64,000 bases of DNA from NCBI GenBank assembly GCA_028534125.1, contig CM052817.1, positions 73,968,001 to 74,032,000 of the forward strand. The letters run 5' to 3'. Both the position numbers and the translations under genes were made by a program. The DNA comes from Lama glama. Lineage: Eukaryota. Every line of letters starts with the position of its first letter. Position 1 is the first letter of the stretch. The notes under the pieces are model-generated. The model had not been told where the DNA came from. It did no database searches and worked only from the letters and a program-made list of their open reading frames with translations. Below, piece by piece: positions 38,166 through 52,300 of this stretch.

Positions 38166-38369
38166 AGTGGATCCAAAACGAGCTCAAGTGCTTTCTGACT
38201 CCCCATCCAGCAGCCTTTCCAACACGATACCACATTTTTTGGTGATGGTCAGAGAGCTTTTAAGAAATACACACTGACAGATAAATGGAAACATTGGAAG
38301 TATAAAGCAGCATGCCTAATTATTTACTGACAAAGAAAGAAAATATTTTCAACTTGTCTAAACCTGTTC

Positions 38370-39405
38370 ATCAAATTCCTTTCTCCTCCTGACCTCATTT
38401 TTCCTAATTGTTCTAACGGAACCACCATTTACCAGTTGGCTAGCTCTAAACTTTGGGCTTCTCTGGACTCTAATCTCTACTTAGTCCCCACATCCAGTCA
38501 TCTATGAGTCATATAGTTTGCCCTTAGTAGTTACAGTGTTGTTTCCCAGGGTACGTCTTCAGCCTCTTAATCATTTGTTTTGCTGCTCTGGGTAATCTCA
38601 TTTATTCCTCTAGCTTTGACCATATAATGAAGGCTGTCAAATCTCTATCACTGGCCTGAAATCCTTCTGGGATCCAAGTTCATTTTTCTAACTGCAGCCT
38701 AAACATCCCCTGTTGTCCTGGCATCGTAATCTACTCAGTTACCTACGCCCAAATCCTTGATGTCTCCTTTCAGTTGAACAATTGATCACCAGCTCCTCTT
38801 CACTTATTCAGATCTTTCTCGGATCCATTTCTTCCTAGCTGCCACTGCTCTGATTCAGGCTCTCAGAAGTTCCTAACCCTCCTGCCCTGAGGTCTCCTCC
38901 CATCCCCTCCCCTACCACCCCCTCCACTCCTCACTGCCACAGAATCATCTCTCTATAGGACAGAGCTGACCAGGCCACTCCCCAGCTCTGGAAGCTAAAG
39001 CCCACACTTGTTTGTTGGTTGGTTCTTTAAAGGTCTTCCTACTGTATTTTTCCAGCATCATCTCCTGACACTTCTTTCCTCCCAGGGCTCCCACATAACC
39101 CATTCTACAGCCACGCTGAGGGAGCTCCCTCTTTCCCAGCTAGTCCTGGCTCATTGATAATTCTGTGCCTTTCCTCTCACCAGTCTTTCTGCCTGGAAAC
39201 TCTCCCTCATCTGTCCGGAAGTCTTCACTACTGTGCTTCAATGTCACCTCTTCTGTATGGACTTTCTGGACACAGCTATTTGATCTCACTGCAGTCCTAC
39301 TGTAACAGCATCATGGGATGTTCACAGGACTTGACCACTTTCTACCTTCAACACCTAGTACTGGGTGAATGTCTGTAAATGCATGCACATGTGAATAAAT
39401 AAATA
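38370..39405 (+). mobile_element. L2 LINE fragments
   Basis: Pyrimidine-rich L2-type segments ending ...gtgaataaataaat. Confidence 0.55.
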
Positions 39406-41842
39406 CATGGAGAGACAATGTATATAAAGTACTGTGTACATTTTAAAACATTAGATAAACGCCAAATATACAGGTGATGATGTTCACTTCTGAGAGCAGT
39501 GGAGGTGATTATGCTAACTGGAAAGGCACTCACGGACCCTGTGTCTCTCAAAAGCAGCAGAATGACCACCATATACATTAGGCCACAGTATTTCGGATGG
39601 TGGAGTAATCTGTGTAGGTCTAGAAAGATAAACAAGGCATATCTAGTCTATGTTTAAACTCATCATTTGTTTTCAAGAGAGTTGAGGGGAGAGAAAGATC
39701 CAAGTTATTTGAGCTTGGGCTTTTTCTGAATCTTTGCTCAGATTCTGAATTTATTAGTTTGTTGAGGTGAACCTATTTAATAACAAAACTTATTCATTGA
39801 AATCTGCAATGAAACCTGGGCTAGGAAACAAACTGAATTTATACATGCAAATTGATATTCACAACAATGCTAGCAGAGTACAGAATATTGAAATCATTTA
39901 GTGAACTGTGCCTAAAGATTTACTTCTTCAGCCATCAAAAGTTGCACAATGAAAACACTTGTTTAGCTTTTTTTTTTTTAGGTGTAGCATCTTAGTTTAG
40001 CAATTCTACTAATTTACTCTTTGTCGATATTTGTTCCATTTAATTTAACTACTACTTTTCCGTTTCTCAGAGTTATTGGGTACTTGGCTGCTGGAGATTT
40101 GAAGGACAGGGAGGTTAAGTGACTTGCTCAAGTCACCCAGCAAATTTAGAAGCTGTGCCAGGGTGGGAGCTTTATTTCGCTGAGGTGCCATCTGCTGCTT
40201 AATTCATTAATCTATGATCCTTTCCAGTCCACAGTGCCTAATTCAATATTCTGAAATCATAAACTTAAATGAACCACCTAAATGCCTTTGAACTTTCTCT
40301 GGCAAGGTGACTGATGACTTAATTACTGAGCTAGAGTTGTAATTAATTATTATACCAATTTCACAAAACTGAGTATCCCGTGGTTTTATTGTCTTTTTCT
40401 ATGCTGCCATTAACAAAAATAACTCTTATGAATAGTTATTATCTTAGGCAAATTTACAAATTAGGATCATTTTTATGCTCTTGAAGTTTTACAGAAAAAG
40501 GTACCTAATCAACTCAGCTATGTTTAGTTTCCTGTGCAATTACACAGCTTGTTTCCTAGTGACAATTTTTATTTCACTTGTTTGATATATTAGTTAACAT
40601 TTGGGAGATTAATTTCCATTATTTTGGCTTTGAAATCAAAGCCATCAAAGATACTGAAATTGATTGGTTTAATAATCCATTAAAATTTTATTCAAAGATG
40701 ACACCCGGAAATTACCAAACTTCTATTCAAGACTGCTTTCAAGAAATCATTGTAAAGCTCACTTATCCAGAAGCCACCTGTTCAATAGCACCAACATTTC
40801 AGCCCTTTAATCGTTAGAGGCCCTCAAGACTTAGAAGATAAATTATTCAAGCCACCTTTGTACTTTGCTGTATAAAGACTAACCACTCAGTTTCAAAGCA
40901 TAAATCGTTAATTGGGGACAGGCAGTATTAGTCTTGGCCTTGTTAAATGGCTCCGGCCTGACAGTAAATGAGTAACAAATACTTAACAACAGAGAAGCCT
41001 GGAATTGGGATCATTTAGTGTAAGTGAAAATAGGTTTAGAACTTTTTGAAAGGTTTGTGAAGATATTACTGGGTTACAAAATACATCTGTGTCATTACTA
41101 AAATGACTCTGCATCTGAACACAAAACAAAATACTGACATTTTTAAAAAAGTTAAAGGATGTGTACTTCAAATATTTTCATTAAAAATGACTTAAATAAA
41201 AGTTTCAGAGTCTAAAGAAGCTACCTATCATTATATAGAACATTTACTGATATGAAAGAATCCAGCCCAGCCACCTTAAATAACAGGGTAACCGTTCTGC
41301 TACCCCTAGTTGATTTGCAGAAGCTAGAAATAGCACAACATTATGAATGCCACGGAGTATTTTAAGTATTAAGATGTTTCATGTATCAGATAGGTGTGGT
41401 ACCACTTCCAGTTAAGAGTTGATGACATGGAAGAAAAAAAGATTTTAGATGGTTCAACAATTCCCATCAACTGCTTAAATTTAGAATTAGAATTGTAGTC
41501 TCCTGGGATCAGGTTTGTAAACTTCTGCATGACAAGAAAAAAACTAAGCAGTCTCAAAGGGTCTATCTTTTCCATTGCAGAACCAAGGAGATGGTCAAAA
41601 CTATTTTCTCAAAATAAAATAAAAAACAGACTTGGAAAAGAGATAGTAAGACTTAGGATTTTTAAATATTTGGAAAGTTCTTTTTTGCCTTTTTGGGGGG
41701 ATTTTGTTTTGTCATGAAGGAATTCCAGCTTCCCACAAATCCTGGAACTGTAATGATTACAACTAACCCTTCTAATCAATTTTACATGATATTAGCCAAA
41801 AGAGGGCATGTATCTTCCAGGTCAAAAGTAAATGTCCATCAA

Positions 41843-44216
41843 CAAAAGAAAAGACGAAAACCACATGATCATCTCAATAGATGCAGAAAAAGCATTTGAT
41901 AAAATTTAACACCCATTTATGATAAAAACTCTTACTAAAGTGGGTCTAGAGGGAACATACCTCAACATAATGAAAGCTATTTATAGTAAACCTACAGCCA
42001 TCAGAGTATTCAACGGTGAAAAGCTGAAAGCCTTCCCACTGTAAAATCTGGAACAAGACAAGGATGCCCACTCTCACCACTTCTATTCAACATAGACTTG
42101 GAAGTCCTGGCAACAGTAGTCAGGCAAGAAAAAGAAGTAAAAAGGATCCAAATCGGAAAAGAAAACGTGAAAGTGTCACTATATGTGGATGACATGATAC
42201 TATATATGTAAAACCCTAAAGGTTCCACACAAAAACTACTAGAGCTGATAAAAGAATTCGGCAAGATAGCAGGATACAAGATTAACATACAATAACCTGT
42301 TGCATTTCTTTACACTAACAATGAATTAGCAGGAAAACAAAGAAACAATCTCTTTTAAAATCACATCCAAAACAATAAAATACTTAGGAATAAATCTGAC
42401 CAAGGAAGTGAAAGACTTATACATGGAGAACTATAAAACATTGATTAATGAAATTAAAGATGACTTAAAGAAATGGAGAGCTATCCCATGTCCTTGGATT
42501 GGAAGAATCAATGTTGTTAAAATGGCCATACTGCCCAAGGCAATCTACGAATTTAATGCAATCTCTAACAAATTATCCAGGACATTTTTCACAGAACTGG
42601 AACAAACAATCCTAAAATGTATATGGAATCACAAAAGGCCCAGAATTGCCAAAGCATTATTGAAGAAAAAGAACAAAGCTGGAGGAATAACCCTCCCAGA
42701 CTTCAAACAACACTACAGAGCTACAGCAATCAGAACAGTCTGGTATTGGCATAAAAACAGACATATGGATCACTAGAACAGAACAGAGAGCCCAGAAATA
42801 ACCCACAGACCTATGGTCAATTAATCTTTGACAAAGGAGATGAGAATATACAATGGAGAAGAGACAGTCTCTTCAGCAAGTGATGCTGGGAAAACTGAAT
42901 AGCAGTATGTAAATTAATGAAGTTAGAACACTCCATCACTCCATACACAAAAATAAACTCAAAATGTCTTAAAGACTTAAACATAAGACAAGACACGATA
43001 AATCTCCTAGAAGAAAACATGGGCAAAACATTCTCTGACATAAATCTTAGCAATGTTTTCCTTGGGCAGTCTACCCAGGCAATAGAAATAAGAACAAAAA
43101 TAAACAAATGGAACCTAATTAAACTTAGAAGCTTTTGCACAGCAAAGGAAACCATAAGCAAAAGAAAATGACAGCCTACAAAATGGGAGAAAATATTTGC
43201 AAATGATGCAGCTGTCAAAGACTTAATTTCCAAAATATATAAACAGCTTATACAAATTAATAACAAAACAATACAAACAAGCCAATCCAAAAATGGGCAG
43301 AAGACCTAAACAAGTAGTTCTCCAATGAAGACATACAAATGGCCAATAGGCACAGGAAAAAATGCTCAATATCGCTAATTATCAGAGAAACACAAATCAA
43401 AACTACAATAAGGCATCACCTCACACCAGTCAGAATGGCCATCATTTGAAAGTCCACAGACGATAAACGTTAGAGAAGATGTGGAGAAAAGGAACCCTCC
43501 TACACTGCTGATGGGAACGTAGTTTGGTGTAGCCATTATGGAAAACAGTATGGAGCCTCCTCAAAAAAACTAAAAATAAACTTATCATATGACCCAGTAA
43601 TCCCACTTATGGGCATATATCTGGCGGGAACTCTAATTTGAAAAGATACATGCACCCCACTGTTCACAGCAGCACTATATACAATAGCCAAAACATGGAA
43701 GCAATCTAAATGTCCATTGACAGATGATTGGAAAAAGAAGTTGTATATTTATACAATGGAATACTACTCAACCATAAAAAGAATAAAATAATGCCATTTG
43801 CAGCAACATGGATGGACCTACTGATTGTTAGTCTAAGTGAAGTAACCCAGAAAGAGAAAGAAAAATACCATATTATATCATTCTAATCTGGAATCTAAGG
43901 AAGAAAAGGACACTATGAACTCATCTATGAAACAAAAACAGACTCACAGACATAGTGAACAATCTTATGGTTACCGGGGAAAGGAGGTGGGAAGGGATAA
44001 ATTGAGACTTACAAATGTTAGCCACTATATATAAAAACAGATTTTAAAAAAGTTTCTTCTGTATAGCACAGGGAACTATGTTCAATACCTTATAATAGCC
44101 TTTAATGAAAAAGAATATGAAAATGAATATAGGTATGTATATGAATGACTAAGACATTGTGCTGTACACCAGAAATGGACACATTGTAACTGACTGTACT
44201 TCAATAAAAAAAAAAA
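41843..44216 (+). mobile_element. 5'-truncated lineage-specific LINE-1 (about 2.4 kb), antisense to CAMK2D
   Basis: ORF2 RT and C-terminal remnants ([23 protein letters not shown]...), 3'UTR, AATAAA and poly-A; short flanking repeat ccatcaa at 41836-41842 and 44217-44223. Confidence 0.95.
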
Positions 44217-45850
44217 CCATCAATGTGTTAATGCTCTGTCCTTCAGTATAAATAGCCAGCAGTATAAATTAATCCTGTGTAGTCGTGAGTGTAGCCTTTT
44301 ATTTTTTTCAATGATTTCTATTGCTGTTGTTTAGCTTATAATTAGTTTCTTTTAAATAACCTATTCCTTTATCAAAAGTATAAAATTTGAGTTTAATGAA
44401 AAAGAATTCAATGTATGCTTGGGTACATTTATTTAGAACTATACATTCCTGAATAACTGAACTCTTGGCTTCACGAGCGCCCCCAGATCAGAACGCAGGA
44501 TAGCTGAGGAGGATATCCTCTCTGCTACAGAACAACATATATCTTTGTTCTGCAAAAAGCAAAACTAAAAAACAAAAAGACCCACCAAAATTAACTGAAG
44601 TGTGATGTCCTTGGTTTTGTTTTTTGAGAAACAACTAGGCTTACTACAGTTAGAATATAAAAAAATGTTATTCTGTCTGCACATTTACTGAGTCCCATAT
44701 GATAGTTGTTTCCAGGTCCACACAAGTTTCTGATCATATTTCAGTATTTCTCATACCTGATCATATTTCAGTGTTGCTTCAATGAAGTTGACGCTAACGG
44801 TTTTGTCACTCACTGCTATACAGATCACACAGATACTTCAACAATGTCATTTCCCTTTTTTATGAGTGTTAAATAGTACTCGTCCCCCTCTGACCCATCC
44901 CCCCTGATGGGACTGACAAGATAACACAGCAGATCTTACTACTGCCCAAGGATATGCAGCAGTCTGCTGTCCTTATAATCCCATACTTTCTAGCTAATTT
45001 GCATCTTCAGCAGCCACAAAAATAGTAGCTTGTGCTTTCATTGCAAAGTCTATCATTATCCAATCTATCATTCCAGAATCAATGAATGGGACTTGCAAAG
45101 GCACATCAGGACTAGTGAAGAGGAAAGAAGAGAGGCCAATTCATAAAACACGCCATAGAACCCAGCCTCATCTGTACACTGTTTGAAAGAACTACAGCAT
45201 CTACAATCAGAAGGAAATTAGGGAACTAGTGAAAAAAAAAGTTTATGGAATAAATAACATAACTGAGGAATTTTTTTAAATTTGAAAAATTATGGGAAAA
45301 ATAATAGACTCTCTTGATAAGTCAATTATATAATGCATTTGTCTATGGCATTGTGGACCCCAAGACCAGGGCTCAATGTAATACACATGCCTATATGCCT
45401 AACTTAGATGATTTGATGATTATTGTAGCCTGAGATGTCAGACCATGGATCAAAAAGGCACGGCAGTAGTTATCTGGATAAATTTACAATGGCTTGCCAG
45501 GACTTGCAAGACTTACTTAGATTTGGAGGAAAATCACCTCCCATTTCCACTGCACTCATATACACATTCACAAAATGATGTGAATCACTGTAACTCTTCT
45601 GATGTCCCCATGCATTTAACAGTTAGCAGTGATGAGACTCCTAGGACCAAGAGTCATTTCTGTGATTAGTTACTACATTTTTCAAAGCTTAATTTGGGAG
45701 GGTGAAGATATCTTATTAGATCAGAAATTCTTAAATGAGTTCTCGTGACTAATGCTTTTTATTAAAGTGATACCTCATGCTGGCACCGTATAACCAGTGC
45801 AGCTCTGGGATATTCTCCTCTACATTCTGCTTAAAAAATTAATTTAAAAT

Positions 45851-46275
45851 TACACGGACCAAAAATGTTGCCTGCCATTTTCAGCAAAGTATGAATGTTG
45901 CTGCCATCAATTTATCAGCCACTGCAGCCCCTAATGGTGCACTCTGAGGGGAATTCAGGATGGAGCAAAACAGGACGCTCGTCTTAGATAGTAAATACAC
46001 ATATTAAAGTAATAACATCAATAAGCCCAGACTCTTGCATCCTATACACAGAAAAGCACTAAAATCATTCACTTGAGATGTCTATTTTTTTGTGATTAGC
46101 AGAAATCTTTTCATGTTCCACTACTTATTTTTTTTTCCCCCAGCAAAAACTCCTATATATCCTGGCTCCTCTCTTCCATCTTTGGAACAGTTCCTTAGAG
46201 CTATCTGAGGGGTTGCCTCCAGGGCTATAGTTTTCAGTAAGGTCCCTACATAAAACATAACTCTAACTTCTAGGG

Positions 46276-46324
<49 letters not shown>

Positions 46325-46335
46325 CCCAGTCAACA
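45851..46335 (+). mobile_element. ERV1-type solo LTR
   Basis: About 480 bp; TATA-like cctatatatc; ggaacagttccttagagctatctgag; ends ...cagtcaaCA; resembles artiodactyl ERV1 LTRs as I recall them. Confidence 0.7.
46277..46322. repeat. (TG)23 perfect microsatellite
   Basis: Direct reading. Confidence 0.99.
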
Positions 46336-48879
46336 AGTACATGTTGGATTATCTTGGCCAAATTTTACAGGACCAGGACCAGGAAAGTTATTCTTGTTTT
46401 AATCAATGTAAGTGCAGTAAGAAAATTTATGAACTATGTATTTCAGAACTAATAACATATTCCTGTTGTTTTCATTTATTCTAGGATGTATTATAAATGT
46501 AAACTATCATAAAATATAACTTATGGTAGATACATATTTGTGAGTATGAAATACTTTTTTCCCTATATTTGTTGAATTCAAAAGATGAACATTCAAAGAC
46601 ACTATTCAGGTTATCTGATGAGTAGTTAACAGTCCACATTTAGAAACTTGAAGTTCCAGGGGGACAGACCACTGGGAACACCGACAACGGTTATCTTTAG
46701 CGCTTGCACAGGCAGATTATACAACACGTCACAAAGCACCGAAGAGAGAATTCTTCAACAATTCACAACACTGCTCACATTAGAAAATTCTAGTACAGAC
46801 TTTAAGGACCTTACCAACTCAGATACAGGAGCCTACACATTCATCCCAAGCAAATGTATTATTTGTTTTATCCTCCATAACAAACAAATAAGCGCTCCAT
46901 TTCGTTTTTAACTGTTCATGTATTTAAACAGCATTAGTAAGTTCCAGCTTGGTCTACTCTTTTTTCACTTATAAAGGTAATAAGTGAAGAGCTTCTATTT
47001 CTTGAAGAGAAATTTAAAAACAGTCTCATATGCTCACACTGTTTCTACATTGGTCAAAATACCTCTAAAAAAATCACAACAATCTCTTTAAAGTAAAGCT
47101 ATCTTTTTGGTCATTAAAGACCATTAACCTTTTCAGAGGCATTTCTCTATTCTTTAGATTTTTGTTCACCTTAACTCTATATAATATAACACAACATTTG
47201 ATTAGAACACTATACTTCTCAGTACAGTAGGTGAGGTAGACAGTAAAAATCCTCCGTAGTCAAAACAGACATCCCCACCGCAAGCTGTGTTTCCCAACTG
47301 AAAACATTCTCTAGTTCAATGAAAACAAATGACATTTTGGAGCAGAATTTCTTTCTTTTCCTTCTTTTAAAATCTGAAAACACACAGTGATGATAGGGTT
47401 TTGTCTATTACTCCAACTATCCCTAAAATCCAAAATTCTCCCCGTAACATTTGCCATCTGTATTTTGCTAGATAGACACAGTGTAAACAACCACATGTAG
47501 TGATGTTAATAAAGAAACCAATGATCCCATAATGAATTATTTCAAAAACAAACAAATAATAGGTCTTTCGCACTTAATCTGTTCACTTCTGTCAAGATGG
47601 TTAGTCTCCCTTTGAGGAGACACTGAACTGGGTAATCACAATCTCCAAAAGGGACGTTTTATGTATGGTTCTTCAGACAGTTTGCTTGAGAAGTGTATAA
47701 ATAATTTTGCATTGACATGCTCCTTTCAAAAATACGTATTTTACTTTTGTCAAAAACAGTCTGCCTACTTTTCTTTTATTCCCATCAGAGATAATCAAGA
47801 CACTCAAAAGTAAGCCAATTTTTCAAAACATCTGGAAACATCCAGGGATGAAAGGATCCATTTTAATGAGGGAAGACTGAGTCATTACTCAAAATATGTT
47901 ATGTCTAATTAAAAATAAAACATGTCTCTGAACTCAAATATTTTAAGGGTTCAAACAAAACTTCATGTAAAAACCTCATAATTAATTCATTTATTTATTG
48001 AGTGCCTACTATATGATACCATGGAGGCAAAAAAAAAACCCAGTGAATTAAAATAATCTGCTTGTTTAAAATTCATGCCAAGTTAAAATAATACTGTTAC
48101 CTTAATAAAAGCTTTTTTAAAATCCTGGCTTCAGTTTTAACCCCAAAATTAATTTATTTTCTGTACTTGGGCAGCTTCCATGTGTGTTTATGTATATAGA
48201 TGGGCTGGATTCTATATTGTGGGTCTTAACATTTACAGATGTTTACCCACTTATCAAAATAAATGGCTTAGAAAGTAGAAACACTGATGCTAAAATAAAA
48301 AACACAGGTCCCTTTAGATTTGTGGACTCTTTTAATAGTGGATCTCTGTGCTTATATCTACTTATCAGAAAGAATGGCCAGAAATAATATAATTAATTTT
48401 CTGACTAACTATCATAGGCCAGGCATTTAACAAATATTATCTCTAGTCAACTGACTGTTATGTTATTGTCATTGTGAAGTTTGAACCATATGAAACTGTC
48501 ATTTTTGAAGGTAAAAAATGGTTAAGTATTGAGACATTATTATCTCTACTGCACACAATATGACTCCGAGAGGTTTACATGAGCAGCCGGACTACATAGC
48601 TGATCAAGGGCTGGGCTGTAATCCAAACTTACTATGTTTGATACCAAAACACACACTCCATCCAAACAGGAAAGAGGATCCTGTGATTTACTTTTTATAT
48701 TTTCATTTTCTATATATTTAGCTCCTAAATTATGGGTGAAGGCAGGGAACACATGGACAAAACCTGTGAGGATAAACAGCTGGGATATGATCCTAATTTT
48801 TAGAGAATTCTAATCATTTTAGTAGCTGTTAGGACATGGCATGGTTGATGTCCACCATGGAGAATGGGAGCATTGGATT

Positions 48880-49390
48880 TGGAGGAAAACAATTTAAAAG
48901 AGGGTAACATTTGACCAGAGCTTAAAAAAGAGAAGTGCCAGCAAGCACATAGAATCTAGATCAGGACATAGCAGGCAGGGGGTGGGAAGTGCAAAGGTCC
49001 TGAGGCAGAAACCTGCTTGAAACATGTCAGAATAGTGTTCCTGAGACATCAGATAGTAAAGGGAGGTATGGCTGGAGGAGGTCCTGATCACTGAAGGCCT
49101 TATGATCTATTCTAATGGCATTGGTAGCCACTGGAAAATACAAAGCAGAAACAAGACATGATCTGATACAGTTTAAAAGCATCACTCTGACTACTGTGTT
49201 GTGAAAAGACCAAAGGCAGGTAATGCCAAAGCAGACAGACTGGTTAAGAAGTCATGTCAATAATACAGGCAAACGATGATGGTATATTGGACCAGGGTGA
49301 TACAAGTTGAGTTAGTGAGCAGTAGTAGTCAATTAAAAAAAATTGAGTGTATTTCGAAGGAAAAACCAGTAAGATTGGTTGACAGACCAG
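48880..49390 (-). mobile_element. L2 LINE fragment
   Basis: aagtgcaaaggtcctgaggcagaaacctgcttg...aaaagcatcactctgactactgtgttgtg. Confidence 0.7.
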
Positions 49391-52300
49391 GTGTATAAAC
49401 AAAACTGGGGAGACAAAAACAGCAATACCTATAACTAAATTCGTCTTTTTGTACCAAACATGATGCTACTTTTCATACAATGGACTAGCACATTCTGCTT
49501 AATAACACTGACCAAGGGGAAAACACTACATTATTACATATCAAAGAAATAACAATAAGTCGACTATACATTAATAAAATTAGTTTAAAGAAAAGAAATA
49601 AAATATAGATTACCTAATTCACTAAGTGTTAAGGATAAACATTTCATTCATGCACCCTGGAAGAAATTCTCTTTAACATAGAGTAAAATTTTAATGCAAA
49701 AGCAGCCATTCATTGGGGAAATGTAGCAGCAGATGTAATTTTTTTAAAGAATGTACTACATGACTGAGAACTCCTTGTGGGAAAAGGTCGGTCTTTTTAG
49801 CCTCAGCCTAGTCATATCCAGTACACAGCAGGTGTTCAATAATCTTTTTTAAAAAACTGAATGAATCCAAATTTTTCAAATAGAGGTCTCTTTGTTAGGA
49901 ATTATGTGTTCGTGCATCTGAAATTTTGTGTATTTGCTCACATATGACTACTTGTAGCAATGTCCTTACGTTTATTTTTCAATGAACATTTTATTCCCTG
50001 CTTTAGAATAATCTAGATACTAGCCAGACACAAGAGACATTATCATATGCAGAATCATCTTGATCTTTTCTAGACTTGCTCATGAGGGTAAGAAGTGTGG
50101 CCAGTGCCTCCTTAGTGCACCTTACATTGTAGGTGCCTAGGGAATATTTACTGCACTAAATTGAATAACGAAAATACTATCCTAAATGCAAGTAATAAAA
50201 ACTATTACTGCTAGATAACTCTCTTCTGTTAGCTCCCTCATTCAGTCCTGCTTTCTCTGCTCCTCCTTGTAATGTCTTAGTTCTCGACTAAACATACTGG
50301 TTTAAAATTGAATGACTTGTAACCTGGTAGAACAGACTAAAAATGCTAAGATTAAGATGAAGATTTATTTCTCTGACTACTTTAGGCCTAATTTCTCCTG
50401 AGAAAATCAGAGGAATTTTATAGCAGAAATCTCTACCAGAAAAAAAAAGAGGCCGTTTCACGGACAAGAAGAATCACTAAAGGATACAGACATACAATTT
50501 CACATAATTTCTAGGTATGTTTACTGGATAGAAAATAATATAAACCCAGCAGAGGACATAGTATTTCACTAAAGTAATTATTTTATTCTAATAAATAATT
50601 TCAGAATTATGAAGTTCACAGTTAATAAAACATAAATAATAATGATTTAACTTCTGCATAGAAATGGATGAGGTCAAGTAGTAATTGTAGATATTAAATT
50701 AATTTTATATAGGAGATAATTTAAAAACATGAAATACAACCCCATAATAATTCTTACTGGAATGTAGTTAAAGTGCTAATTTTATAGCCCATTAGTACTG
50801 TAATAGCTTTGTATATATAGGTTAGAAATCATATTTTTCCCATTGTAATAACATTCCCTAAAACTGCAGTGATTTATTCTTGTGATTCCAGTGATTTAAT
50901 TCAACTTCTAATTCAACTTTGAATTAAATGTCTTTCTATAATTATTTTGAATAGTTTATATTATTAATATCCATATTACTTCACTATATATTATTTTATA
51001 ATATATAATTGCACATATTTAAAAAAGCGAGATCCCCCCCCCCCAACAATGTCCAGATTCCAATTAGATTCTTGCTAAGTTTTTTTAGGTCAGTAAAAAA
51101 AAAAAAAAAATAGAGTTATCATCTGAAAAGATGAAGGAGATATAAAGAGTAATAAAATATTTTAAAACTTGCACATAATGTTAAATTTAGCAGCTTATTA
51201 AATTTTTATCAAGTAACGGGAAATAGATAAATAAAAAACTAAAGTTTTACACTCAATATACACAACTATATTATAGCGTAAATTAGATCTTGTTGACCAT
51301 GAAATTTTTGATCATATAAACTGTGAGTCTGATTACTTCTTATATTAACTTCCACATAAAGTAGTATCTATGAATGGTAAATGTTAAGAGTTTTAAACTC
51401 TGAATTTTTAAAATGAATTCAAAGTTAAAAATGTGGTAGCTTAATCAAGATTTAGAAACTGATGGCAGGAATCTTATAACATAGCTGCTTTTAGAATTTA
51501 TGCAGTATTTAATAAAATAATGCTACATTATTTTCCTACAGAGTTTTCTAAGTTTTCTAAATTTCTATACAAATTTTTGCAAACTTGCTAAAAAAGCCAT
51601 TTACAGAATTTTTGAACTGAGAAAGCATCCTAATATAGAATGAACTTATGTTTTTCTAATGATAAAGTGAGTAGTTACATGTTTCTGTTGTTTGGTTTCA
51701 TTTTGTTTTTTTATTTCAGATTTTGTTTTACGCTGAAGTTGGCAAGAGTTTTGACCCTGTATTTTGTCAGCAGGGCTAAACAAGCCTGAGGCTGTCACTG
51801 ACAAATGTAAGACTCAAATCTCATAGAAAGCAAAGTGTAAAGAGAAAAAAAAGTGAATGTGGAGGGTAAAATAAAGGGAAAAGAGAAAATGAAGTCATTT
51901 TATGGTCATTTGGTGGTAGAGTAGAATGGATTTTGCATCAGTCCCACAAGTTATTGATCCTGATTGAAAAGTTGAAAGATCAACAGGTAGGTATGTGCAT
52001 GCGGACAAGAATGTTTCTAAATAAATCTTTTGAAAAATCAAATTTTGGATTAGAAACCTGAAAGAAGTTATCATACATGGCACTACTGGTTTTCTAAGAT
52101 ACTTTGAACCTAACAGAATGATATAATTATCAGAAGTCCTTAAATACAATATCCAGGAGTTTCTTGATTTGCAGATTCTCTTGAAGCAAAACATGCATGC
52201 AAGACAAGGTCTGAGTTACAGATTACACTCATGTGAAGCTGAAGAAAACTTCCATCAAGTGGTCATCTACCCCAGGGGAGCCTACACAGAAAGGATGATT

